The position numbers and the translations under genes were made by a program. The notes under the pieces are model-generated. The model was given only the letters and a program-made list of their open reading frames with translations, ran no database searches and was not told where the DNA came from. From IMG/VR virus record IMGVR_UViG_3300030109_005647, positions 74,596 to 138,595 of that record: a DNA stretch of 64,000 nt. One strand, 5' to 3'. The stretch is from a virus. Positions 50,244-59,146 of this stretch are shown here, piece after piece; within the stretch, counting starts at the first letter, position 1; each line of letters opens with the position of its first letter.

Positions 50244-50912
50244 TTAGAAATCAAAAAATGAATCCAATATGCCATAAAGCACTGGACTCAACTCTTTGAG
50301 TTTATTCTTGTTTCCTAATAAATAGTTCTCAAATCCATTTGCCCAATATTCTCGTAAAGCAGTTATTGCATAGGGAGAATAAAATAAATTAGAAGAAATA
50401 GTCCTTAATTTATCATAACCAATTTCTCTATATAAGTGTTGATCGAAGTTATAGTCATATTCAGAATTTTTATAATCTTCTAAACTGTATTTGCTATCAT
50501 CTAGCAAATGATACAGAGTGCTTCTTTTGGAAATAAATTCTCTCTCTAGTCTACCATCTCCATAAATTTTTTCTTTATTTTTTTTCTCAACTGCATGAGC
50601 TAACTCGTGAAGAATATCGTCTAGTAGGTCTTCCTCATTGTCCTGATCTGGTGACAGATATATTGCTCCGTCTTGAAACATTGCATTATATTCTCTGCCA
50701 TCTTTAAAAAATTCATCAACATAGCCAACAAAAAGCCCATCAACATTATCAAAGAAATAATCTGGGGTTAGCATTTCTATCTTTTTTTTAACAAAATTAA
50801 TGTTAATATCATTTTCAAATGGTTGTGCAAAAACAAGCGGCTTCCCATGGATTTTGTATTGTTTAAGCTTCTTTTTAGATTTTTCTACACCTTCAGAAAT
50901 ATATTGTTTCAT
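50244..50912 (-). CDS. Zincin-like metallopeptidase (HExxH)
   Basis: ILHELAHAVE plus downstream SPYA....REYWANGFE. Confidence 0.7.
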   Translation of the reverse strand: MKQYISEGVEKSKKKLKQYKIHGKPLVFAQPFENDININFVKKKIEMLTPDYFFDNVDGLFVGYVDEFFKDGREYNAMFQDGAIYLSPDQDNEEDLLDDILHELAHAVEKKNKEKIYGDGRLEREFISKRSTLYHLLDDSKYSLEDYKNSEYDYNFDQHLYREIGYDKLRTISSNLFYSPYAITALREYWANGFENYLLGNKNKLKELSPVLYGILDSFFDF

Positions 50913-51194
50913 TTAATCAACACTTCCAAACGCCCCATTTTCAGAGATACTAGGATTTGTCATTGTCTCGGAATCAACAAGCCCCTGTTTGTATCCACGG
51001 ATGAAATTCTCTTCTGCAATAACCAAAACAAACTCAGGAAATTCACTTGCCATCACTTGAATAATCATTTCAACATTTACCTCATCATTCTCAGGGTTTA
51101 ATTTGTCACCGACATAGTTAATTAGCCACTTTTTCATTTCATTTACTGGATTTACTGCTTGTAGTAGTTCTGGATTTTCATTATTTAAAGACAT
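50913..51194 (-). CDS. Hypothetical protein
   Basis: 93 aa ORF with strong SD AAGGAGG. Confidence 0.65.
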   Translation of the reverse strand: MSLNNENPELLQAVNPVNEMKKWLINYVGDKLNPENDEVNVEMIIQVMASEFPEFVLVIAEENFIRGYKQGLVDSETMTNPSISENGAFGSVD

Positions 51195-51212
51195 ATAAGT
51201 CCTCCTTTTATG

Positions 51213-51223
51213 TAAATATAACA
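51213..51223 (-). promoter_or_regulatory. Candidate promoter TGTTATATTTA (TATTTA motif / extended -10-like)
   Basis: 18 nt upstream of ATG at 51194. Confidence 0.45.
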
Positions 51224-51238
51224 GATATTTGGCATAGT

Positions 51239-52552
51239 TTAAAGGATTTTAGAAGCGATAGTAGCTACTTTGGAGCGCTCACCCTTTAAGAGAGTTACAT
51301 GTCCAGAAATATCATAACTTTTAAACTTTTCGACGGCGTGTGTGAGACCGTTTGATGTTTCGTCTAGATATACATTATCAATCTGTTCTACGTCACCTGT
51401 TAAAATAATTTTTGTTCCCTCGCCAACTCTGGTAAGAATAGTTTTGAGTTCGTGGGCTGTAAGATTTTGAGCTTCATCAATGATGATAAATGCATTCGCT
51501 ATAGAGCGACCACGAATATAAGTTAAAGCCTCTACTTCTATTTTGCCTCTATCCATATAGCTTTCCAGAGTGGCTTTGTCATTTGCCATTAAATATTCTA
51601 AATTATCACGAATGGGAGCAACCCAAGGAGACATTTTTTCTTCCATTGTTCCCGGTAAAAATCCAATATCTCTACCCATCGGCTGTATTGGTCTAGACAC
51701 CACAAGCCTACTATAAGTTTCTTTTTCTACAACTTGGCTAAGACCGGCTGCGATCGCCATTAAAGTTTTACCACAACCAGCCTTGCCAACCAGTGTAACA
51801 ACATTGATTTTTGGATCTTCCAATAAATCCATTGCAAATATTTGCTCTTTATTTCTAGGTTTTAACCCCCAAAGTCTTTTTTTATTACCCGGGTTGAGTA
51901 ACTTTATAGGCTTTTCGTAAGATTCAAATTTACCTAGAGCAGTCTTTTTTTCATTTTGATTAGAAATCAGCATGAGGAACTGATTTGGATTTAATCGTAA
52001 ATCTTCTTCTTCGATATAAACCTCTTCGCCGGAATAAAACCGGTCAAGAACCGGTTCGTCTACCAAATGAGTAATGAAACCAGTGTATATTGTATCTGTA
52101 TCTTTTACAACTTGATCTGAATCAAAATCCTCGGTCGTTAAACCCAAAGAATCGCACTTAACACGCATGTTAATATCTCGTGTGACCACGATTACTTTTC
52201 TTCTTGGGTTTTCATTTTTCTGGTTTAACGCAACGCTAATGATCTCGTTATCAGGAACAGAAAGATCAAAATCTTCTGGTAGACCTTCTCTTTTAACCAT
52301 CTTCACGCATATTAGACCCTTACCCTTATCTATTCTCACACCTTTAGATAAACTACCTTTTTCACGGAGAACATCAAGATTGCGAATAAGCATTCTTGCA
52401 TTGGTTCCGGCGCCGTCTTGTCTTTTTTTGTTGTTATCTATTTCTTCAAGAACCTTGAGGGGAAGAACAATATCGTTATTACCATAAGAGCGAATACAAC
52501 TCGCGTCTGTCAAACAAACGCTTGTATCAAGAATATAAATTTTTTTAGCCAT
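51239..52552 (-). CDS. phoH: PIN-domain PhoH family ATPase (PhoH2-like)
   Basis: N-terminal PIN (ILDTSV, VLEEID, DNEI, VTRDINMRVK); GKAGCGKT, RDIGFLPG, YIRGRS, IIDEAQN, TGD.EQID. Confidence 0.93.
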   Translation of the reverse strand: MAKKIYILDTSVCLTDASCIRSYGNNDIVLPLKVLEEIDNNKKRQDGAGTNARMLIRNLDVLREKGSLSKGVRIDKGKGLICVKMVKREGLPEDFDLSVPDNEIISVALNQKNENPRRKVIVVTRDINMRVKCDSLGLTTEDFDSDQVVKDTDTIYTGFITHLVDEPVLDRFYSGEEVYIEEEDLRLNPNQFLMLISNQNEKKTALGKFESYEKPIKLLNPGNKKRLWGLKPRNKEQIFAMDLLEDPKINVVTLVGKAGCGKTLMAIAAGLSQVVEKETYSRLVVSRPIQPMGRDIGFLPGTMEEKMSPWVAPIRDNLEYLMANDKATLESYMDRGKIEVEALTYIRGRSIANAFIIIDEAQNLTAHELKTILTRVGEGTKIILTGDVEQIDNVYLDETSNGLTHAVEKFKSYDISGHVTLLKGERSKVATIASKIL

Positions 52553-52732
52553 GTTAACTCACTTTGTTAAACACTTGATCTTCTTCATCAAAACACCCAC
52601 TTTCAATAAGTATAATCTGAAAAAGCAGTCATTATAAATAGTCTTTTTGTTTATAAAAAAGGAAAAAGCGGTGCGGCGCCCTTATTTATTTATATGAGAG
52701 TAAAAATCTCAGAGACATGGGAGGATAAAAAA
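52553..52732. promoter_or_regulatory. Divergent promoter region between phoH and the protease gene
   Basis: ACTATTTA on the minus strand (52635-52642); CTTATTTA on the plus strand (52681-52688); only divergent junction in the window. Confidence 0.5.
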
Positions 52733-53488
52733 ATGAGTAGGGTTATGATTGGTGCCCTAGCGTTCGTTATGCTGTTTGCTTTCTCTTGCGGCACGATGAA
52801 TTCAAGTGTAAAAAATGATTTTCCAAGAGAAGGATTTGCGTTTATTAGTAAAACAGTTCAGTTAAAAAGATGTTTTGGTAAAGACAATTGCGCCACAATG
52901 GATTTACGATCTTCAGGTTCTGGTTACGTCGTTAAGCTTTCCGACAAGGGCGCATACATAGTTACCGCCGCTCACGTTTGTGATGGCGAAAAAGGTTTGT
53001 TAGAATCAGTTGAGCAAACTATTCACATGAGAGTCTCAACATTATCATTAAAAAGGTATGATGCTATTGTTCTAAAAAAAGATCAGTCAATTGACGCTTG
53101 TTTACTTTTTGCAGAGGGTTTAACTGAAGGGGTGGAGGTTATACCTCTAGCCACGAAACCTCCGAAAAGAGGTGAAAAAGTTTATAATATAGCGGCTCCT
53201 TTAGGTATGTTTGATTATGATATGGTTCCAGTCTTCGAAGGTAGATATGCTGGTGAGGAAAATGGTCAAGATGTCTATTCCTTAGCTGCTACTTTTGGTT
53301 CTTCTGGATCTATGATTCTTAATTCTAAAGGTGAGTTAGTGGGAATGGTTCACTCTGTTTTAGTAAAGTTTAGAAATATTGCTATTTCTTCGCCTTATGA
53401 AAAACTTATGGAATTTATAAGAAGCGGCTTATCTAAAGCTGAATTAGCCGAGTGGATGTGCATTCCTGAAGAGTGTGTAGACTATTAA
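52733..53488 (+). CDS. Trypsin-like serine protease, probable lipoprotein
   Basis: GSG, VTAAHVC, IDAC, GSSGS triad motifs; start MSRV after GGAGG; signal peptide ending FAFSC. Confidence 0.88.
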   Translation: MSRVMIGALAFVMLFAFSCGTMNSSVKNDFPREGFAFISKTVQLKRCFGKDNCATMDLRSSGSGYVVKLSDKGAYIVTAAHVCDGEKGLLESVEQTIHMRVSTLSLKRYDAIVLKKDQSIDACLLFAEGLTEGVEVIPLATKPPKRGEKVYNIAAPLGMFDYDMVPVFEGRYAGEENGQDVYSLAATFGSSGSMILNSKGELVGMVHSVLVKFRNIAISSPYEKLMEFIRSGLSKAELAEWMCIPEECVDY

Positions 53489-53871
53489 TATTTATATGTA
53501 GGTTTTTTCTTGTTCCAAACGGTCAGACCTAGTTTGTTTTTAACCCAGATTAGGTCTGTATATAAGTTCATATAATCTGTGTAGTTTTCTTCATCTGTAT
53601 GTGCTTGCATAAAAGTAAACTCATCCATCTGAAAAAATGTTGTTAAATAAAAATTAACTTTATTATCAATTTGTTGTCTATTGTTTGCTATTGATGTTCT
53701 TGTATCCGGTAGGATAAATTCGTAGTCATTTCTATCGTGAACAACTGTTATTAGCAATCTACCTGTTACTAGTTGCACCTTTAAGCTTATGTGATCAATA
53801 TTGGTAACATACCAGTGCTCTTGCTCATATGAACGAATTGAATTTCTTTTTTTACCATACTTAGATGCCAT
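53485..53871 (-). CDS. Hypothetical protein
   Basis: 128 aa ORF, TAATG-coupled to the upstream gene. Confidence 0.55.
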   Translation of the reverse strand: MASKYGKKRNSIRSYEQEHWYVTNIDHISLKVQLVTGRLLITVVHDRNDYEFILPDTRTSIANNRQQIDNKVNFYLTTFFQMDEFTFMQAHTDEENYTDYMNLYTDLIWVKNKLGLTVWNKKKPTYKY

Positions 53872-54077
53872 TAATTTACTGCCGATATTAAACTTGCTTG
53901 AACAAACTCAACTTTTTTATTTTTATTTTTTGGATCTTGTAAGGTTAGATATTGTTCTGAATTCCATCGAAGGTATTGAATATCTTCTAACAACCAAACT
54001 TTATTTTTATAGTAAACTGGAGATCCAATGTAGGCTCTTCTTCCGTTCCCGTCTAAAGTAAATCTTGTTGTCGACAT
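53871..54077 (-). CDS. Small SH3/KOW-like hypothetical protein
   Basis: Start MSTTRF after AAGGAGG; beta-rich pattern IGSPVYY...W.LEDI. Confidence 0.55.
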   Translation of the reverse strand: MSTTRFTLDGNGRRAYIGSPVYYKNKVWLLEDIQYLRWNSEQYLTLQDPKNKNKKVEFVQASLISAVN

Positions 54078-54090
54078 TTTAAACCTCCTT

Positions 54091-54321
54091 TTAGGGGGTT
54101 TGTGACCCCTCTTCTGTTCGGTGGATAACAAAATCATCTAGTGCATCGATGCATTCTAGCGCTTCTGCTAATATTGTAGTCCATTTGTCAACTTCTTTTA
54201 AGATATCAGTATGTTCTCCAACCATAACAGTCTGAGTAAATAACATATCTAACATCGCTCTAGCTTCCTCTGCTTTGGCTTCATATTTTATTTTTGCTGC
54301 ATTGAATAATTTATTATTCAT
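54091..54321 (-). CDS. Small helical hypothetical protein
   Basis: 76 aa ORF with ATGA overlap; VGEH.DI..E.DK pattern. Confidence 0.6.
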   Translation of the reverse strand: MNNKLFNAAKIKYEAKAEEARAMLDMLFTQTVMVGEHTDILKEVDKWTTILAEALECIDALDDFVIHRTEEGSQTP

Positions 54322-54695
54322 ATAACCTCTTTTTCTTCTTCTTCAAAAAATGAAATTGTATTATACTTTTTAATATAGCGGTTAAACTCCATATAGTCAA
54401 CCCCTAAAAATCTAGCTGCTTCTTTTTTTGTTCTTGCAATGCTTAAAGCTGTCTTTAAAAGAGCATCTGTAACTGCATGGCGAGTCAATCTCCAGATTGG
54501 TAAGCCATAAAATTTTCCATACAGATATCTGGTTGATAATTCTAATTTAACTGCTATTAAGTCTTCTAAAGAAATATTATTAATATTATTTAAAGTATTA
54601 TCAGTAATTTTCTTTTCAGATTTTAGTTTGTTTATTATACTATACTTTGAGTATTTTGTAACAGTATTTTTCTTTTTCTTATTTTTCCATGACAT
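54318..54695 (-). CDS. Fis-like helix-turn-helix protein
   Basis: C-terminal ALSIARTKKEAARFLGVDYMEFNRYIKKY matches the Fis-type HTH. Confidence 0.65.
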   Translation of the reverse strand: MSWKNKKKKNTVTKYSKYSIINKLKSEKKITDNTLNNINNISLEDLIAVKLELSTRYLYGKFYGLPIWRLTRHAVTDALLKTALSIARTKKEAARFLGVDYMEFNRYIKKYNTISFFEEEEKEVI

Positions 54696-54737
54696 ATATT
54701 AAATAATAATAGAAATAATGATATAATTTAATTTATA

Positions 54738-55457
54738 TTATTTATTATAATCTGGAGATTCTGGTTCTGGTAGGGTTGGTTGAAGTTCTTCTTCAAATCT
54801 ATCGAAATATAATTTAAGATTAGTTAACATATATTCTTTATAAAGTTTTCTATCTTTTTCATCAGCCAAAGATTCATATGCATCTTGAATTTGATTCTCA
54901 ACTTTATTAAAAGTAGTTGAAGCAAAATTACGACCGGTTACATTCATACCTTGTAGATCTTGAAATTTTTCAGGCTCAGTTTCTTCAACTTCTTCAGGCA
55001 TATCTCGATCACGAACAGGAATAAACTTATCTTCTTCAACATCCACATCTAAAGTAACTTCTTCTTCAAGTTCATTTTCTTCTTGACTTTCTCCAGCAAT
55101 TGCTGTAATATCAACTGGTGCCAATGAGTTCTCGACAGCGTTAAGAATGTGCGCTCTAAAAGAATCTCTCTGAGACTTAGAGGTTGTTAGCCCTTTAAAA
55201 GCATCTTCGATAATCGGAATAATATTTTTTAAAGTATCCTCAAGGACATTTATCCCCGTTGATCTTTGAGGCTGCTCGTCTGGAACATCGGCACTTACTT
55301 CTCTGATAAGAGAACGAATAACACCACGGAGTCTATTCTCCTCAAGCATTACTTTGTCTTCTTTTTCAGCAAGGTAATTTTCTAGAAGTGAGCGAACAAC
55401 TTTACGAAGACGCTTTTCTTCTTTTAGTTCTTTTAAAAATTCATCGCGATCAATCAT
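54738..55457 (-). CDS. Acidic putative head/prohead-associated protein
   Basis: Likely start MIDRDEF at 55457; duplicated EE.RLR.V.RSL..E motif; Glu-rich. Confidence 0.5.
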   Translation of the reverse strand: MIDRDEFLKELKEEKRLRKVVRSLLENYLAEKEDKVMLEENRLRGVIRSLIREVSADVPDEQPQRSTGINVLEDTLKNIIPIIEDAFKGLTTSKSQRDSFRAHILNAVENSLAPVDITAIAGESQEENELEEEVTLDVDVEEDKFIPVRDRDMPEEVEETEPEKFQDLQGMNVTGRNFASTTFNKVENQIQDAYESLADEKDRKLYKEYMLTNLKLYFDRFEEELQPTLPEPESPDYNK

Positions 55458-55461
55458 TAAT

Positions 55462-57576
55462 TTAGACTCCAAGTTTCTGTAATAAATAGTTTAACGCCTC
55501 ATTAACTTCATTTTCAGTAACTTTTCTTTTTTTTCGAGGACCCATAGCGACTGCACCCGCCGATATTGCTGAAACTTCTTCTATATCTTCAGGCTTTTTT
55601 ACTTGCTTTGTGGCTATGGCATATGCTATATCTTCACCTTCTTCTTCACCATATTGTTTTTTTGTGCTTTTCATTATCTCTTTAGCGTTTTTATCTCTTT
55701 TTCGAATTTCACTTTTAGTGAGTTTCTTTTTCTTCTTTTTGCGCTTTTCTTCTAGCACCTCATCAACTAGCCCACGAAAGATACCCAAGAAGGGTTCATT
55801 TTCCTCCTTAAGTTCTCCTTTTACCATATCTGCTATGTAATCCACTCGATCTTTTGAAGTATCTGGTAAGAATCGTTCGATATCTTCATCGTTTTTCAAA
55901 GCATTTCTAAAATCAGTGGCGCTTAACACTTCACCAACAGGCTTGAAAGCATAATCCATTGAATTTAGAACTTCAGCGTCCTTAACATATTTTTGAACAT
56001 TTTTATCAAACCTTTCAGCAGCATCGCCATCTTTTGTCGAGGCACCAAGAATAATCTTTGTTCCCTTCATCTCCGGTCTGTTCCCATATTCCATCGCCGC
56101 TTGTACGGGTGTAGGAAAATCAGGAATCTGAACATCAGCATTTGTAATATTAGCGTCATCCAAATAAAGGTTTAAAATTCTTACAGCAGTTTGTGCTGTA
56201 ATCCCATCTCTCTCTTTTGGACTGACCAGAACAACTACTCTATCAGCCAACCTAGCATAATGTTCAATCATGTCAAGGTGCCCACGATGAGCAGGCTTAA
56301 ACTTTCCTGGTAAAATAGCAACAGTTTCACCTTCATTTCGCTCCATAAGCATTTCCTTTACCATCTGTGGGATTTTACCCCTTCCATACTTAAATAACCC
56401 CAAAAGTTGGTTCATTGGGGCAAAGTTTCCTGTAAACTTATACATCTGACCATCGTATTGGAAAACAAAACCTTCTACGACTGTATCGATATTGTCATGG
56501 TGCTTAAGTTTGGTAAGCTGTCTTACTAATATGTCTTGGGCTCCTTCTTGTTCTGGTCCTTCATAATCTTGGATAGCGCGAATAGCAGTCTCTGTTTCTT
56601 TTTTTAGTCTTTCGACCTCTGCTTGGTTATCTAAGATATATGAACTCTTAAGACCCCGAAGAAGTTCTACGGCAAAGTCATGTATTGCCATTTCAATTGG
56701 TTCAATTAATTTTTTTGATAAAATTTTGGAGTTCTTATTAAAGGCAGATACTTTTGCTCTGGTTTCTCTATCCATACCCTTTGTTATCTGTGAAGTAGTT
56801 GGAGCAGTTTTATCACCAAGCATTCGACGGACAAGAAGCTCTACTCTCTCGTCGTCTAGTTCTGGGAGGTTCTTTGCTGTAAAGGGTGTTAGTTTATCAC
56901 GAAGATAATCATTTAATGTCATATCACCAGAATAACCTGTAGCCTGTATACGATCTAAGGTTTCTTGAACAAATGCTTCGTCGGTTATCTTATTGAGGGT
57001 AAGGAAAGCTGTTCTGCGAACGTTAAAGGCTTCATCAGCCGTTGCTTGTTCAAATCTATCAACCACGCTATCTAAAAATGCTGATTGTTTTTCATTTGCT
57101 ACAACTTCTAGACTATTATCTTCTTTATTATATTTTTTATGACCCATGCGATGAATATTCACGACATTTTCGTCATAGTTTACAACATTCGGAGCAACTG
57201 GACCTTGTATTTCTGTGTTGTAGAAGATTTCACCATTAGGTCCAAAGATTTGGGCTTTTTCTTTTTCTGAAAGCGATTCAAGAGCACTTACATAAGCATT
57301 GAAGGCGGTAACATAGGCTCGTTTTGATTCTTCACCACCTCGGAACTCTCTATTGATAAGGTCATCAAAAGTCATCCCACCGCGAGACATGTCACCTTTG
57401 TTTCTTGCTGCGCGGGGCTTTCCGTCGACATAACCAAGAAAAATGTTGTAGCCATCAGTTTTTTCTGTTCCTACAAGTTCACCTTTTGCGGCTTTTTGTA
57501 GGATCTCTGCCATTTTATTAAAGGTGAGATCACGATTATCATAAAGATGTGCTAAATGTCCTGCTACGCCACCCAT
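55462..57576 (-). CDS. RNA-ligase-like (DUF6267-type) nucleotidyltransferase fused to a HIGH-family (cytidylyltransferase/NMNAT-like) domain
   Basis: TEKTDG (KxDG), EGFVF, YKFTG ligase-type motifs; PGKFKPAHRGH and LSATDFR HIGH-NTase motifs. Confidence 0.75.
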   Translation of the reverse strand: MGGVAGHLAHLYDNRDLTFNKMAEILQKAAKGELVGTEKTDGYNIFLGYVDGKPRAARNKGDMSRGGMTFDDLINREFRGGEESKRAYVTAFNAYVSALESLSEKEKAQIFGPNGEIFYNTEIQGPVAPNVVNYDENVVNIHRMGHKKYNKEDNSLEVVANEKQSAFLDSVVDRFEQATADEAFNVRRTAFLTLNKITDEAFVQETLDRIQATGYSGDMTLNDYLRDKLTPFTAKNLPELDDERVELLVRRMLGDKTAPTTSQITKGMDRETRAKVSAFNKNSKILSKKLIEPIEMAIHDFAVELLRGLKSSYILDNQAEVERLKKETETAIRAIQDYEGPEQEGAQDILVRQLTKLKHHDNIDTVVEGFVFQYDGQMYKFTGNFAPMNQLLGLFKYGRGKIPQMVKEMLMERNEGETVAILPGKFKPAHRGHLDMIEHYARLADRVVVLVSPKERDGITAQTAVRILNLYLDDANITNADVQIPDFPTPVQAAMEYGNRPEMKGTKIILGASTKDGDAAERFDKNVQKYVKDAEVLNSMDYAFKPVGEVLSATDFRNALKNDEDIERFLPDTSKDRVDYIADMVKGELKEENEPFLGIFRGLVDEVLEEKRKKKKKKLTKSEIRKRDKNAKEIMKSTKKQYGEEEGEDIAYAIATKQVKKPEDIEEVSAISAGAVAMGPRKKRKVTENEVNEALNYLLQKLGV

Positions 57577-57579
57577 ATG

Positions 57580-58023
57580 CTATCCCCCTCTACGATCTCT
57601 CATGCGAGCTAAATCTTGTGCAACAGATGCTCTTACGTCTTTTTGTCTAGCTATTTCTTTACTACCAACTCTTTTTTCTCGTGATCTTTCATAACTGGTG
57701 CGACCATCCTTGTCAACTCTTCCAACTTTTTGCAACAAATTATCACGAAGTTTTTTTAGCTTATCTTTTTCTTCTTGAGTTCCTTTTTTTCTTATTTGAT
57801 TGCTTACCATATTTTCCAACTCGCTGACGCCGCTCTTCAAGTCAGTGGCAATGTCTTTAGGTAATTCAGGAGCCGCAAGCATTTTTTCTAACGCATCAAT
57901 CAAGCTTGCCATTGAAAACGCACCTGGGGGCAATCCTATTTTTTGTTGTAAACTCTGTTCTTGTAACGTTTTTGATATCTCTTCTTTGATTATTTTTTTT
58001 AGAGTTGATTTATTTATTTTCAT
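57580..58023 (-). CDS. Putative internal head protein
   Basis: Leader MKINKSTLKKIIKEEI...LQE; basic tail. Confidence 0.5.
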   Translation of the reverse strand: MKINKSTLKKIIKEEISKTLQEQSLQQKIGLPPGAFSMASLIDALEKMLAAPELPKDIATDLKSGVSELENMVSNQIRKKGTQEEKDKLKKLRDNLLQKVGRVDKDGRTSYERSREKRVGSKEIARQKDVRASVAQDLARMRDRRGG

Positions 58024-58037
58024 TTATGTGTCTCCTG

Positions 58038-58895
58038 TTATTTACCGGTTAGGAAATAATATCCTAAATCAGCATAATCTTTTTTATTCATAGCTTTTGG
58101 CTCTGAAACACCGGGGAACATTGTCATGAGAGAAATAAATTTTCTTCCACCCTTGGCACCACCAACTTTTCCAAGATCACTAACTATTAAGTTTAATTTA
58201 TTTGTTGGTCTTAAAGGTCCATCAACTACAGCCACCGCTTGATGTGCAAAATATTTCTTTTTTGGATCTGCTTCAGAGGCATTCGACAGTTTTTTACTAT
58301 CATCCGGCATACCTAAAGAGTCAAAAGGAAAATTGCCGTTCTCATCTGCTTCATAAACACCTAAACCTTGCTTCATTTTAAACGGAATTGCTTGGTTATT
58401 TGTAATAAGTTCTTTAAATTGAAAGTCTCTTGGCGATTTACCTGCAGCTTCGCTTTTATGAACGATGGAATCTTCACCTATGTCTCTACCCATATCCACA
58501 TTAAACCATTTTAGTTTTGTAACATAAGGGTTTGATTCTATCTCGTCTGGTTTTGGTTTTTTCTTTAATAGGGTTGCTGCTAAGTTTACTAAAGATTCGT
58601 CTGTTGATAATGAGTCTGCAAACTTAGAACCTGGGAGATCTGATTCTCTTTTGTGAGAATGCTTTGCATGTTCAAAAGTGGTATTTGGTATATACAAGAA
58701 AACATATGGACCCATCTCTACAAGGTTTTCTTCTGTTAGATCGTTGGCATAACCCTTTAGGAAGCGATTCTTCAAGAGAAGTCTTTTTGCTTGGTTAACG
58801 ACCTTTCTCGCTACCCGCTTTTTCATTTTCTCTTCTAACATTTCTTCGTTAGTTTCGTTTATAAACTTATTCCATCTTTCTAATATTAGTTTCAT
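58038..58895 (-). CDS. Putative internal head protein with a possible RNase-like domain
   Basis: Leader MKLILERWNKFINE; H..H....PGSKF and terminal TMFPG. Confidence 0.45.
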   Translation of the reverse strand: MKLILERWNKFINETNEEMLEEKMKKRVARKVVNQAKRLLLKNRFLKGYANDLTEENLVEMGPYVFLYIPNTTFEHAKHSHKRESDLPGSKFADSLSTDESLVNLAATLLKKKPKPDEIESNPYVTKLKWFNVDMGRDIGEDSIVHKSEAAGKSPRDFQFKELITNNQAIPFKMKQGLGVYEADENGNFPFDSLGMPDDSKKLSNASEADPKKKYFAHQAVAVVDGPLRPTNKLNLIVSDLGKVGGAKGGRKFISLMTMFPGVSEPKAMNKKDYADLGYYFLTGK

Positions 58896-59146
58896 TCTTT
58901 ACCTTCCTCCAGCACACGCACTTGTTCTTCTAGAAGTGATATTTTATTTTCAAGAGTTCTAACAACTCTTTTTATTTCAAGTAAGTTTTGACGAGCAACT
59001 GATAGTTGCCTACTTTCCCTTTGACTTTTTGGTCGCACTTCGTCTAGGATACGAAGAACAGACTCGACATAAGCACGAGCAGTAGGATTGCTTTTAACTT
59101 CTCCTATTAAAAAGTCTCTGGTCATCTTTCTTAGATCAACTTTCAT
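58892..59146 (-). CDS. Small coiled-coil hypothetical protein
   Basis: 84 aa ORF, overlapping both neighbours. Confidence 0.55.
   Translation of the reverse strand: MKVDLRKMTRDFLIGEVKSNPTARAYVESVLRILDEVRPKSQRESRQLSVARQNLLEIKRVVRTLENKISLLEEQVRVLEEGKE

Noticed and set aside
52633-52640. T4-type late promoter TATAAATA on the plus strand driving the protease
   Set aside because: The same bases form the minus-strand ACTATTTA motif, which elsewhere always precedes minus-strand genes; cannot be excluded but is not the simpler reading
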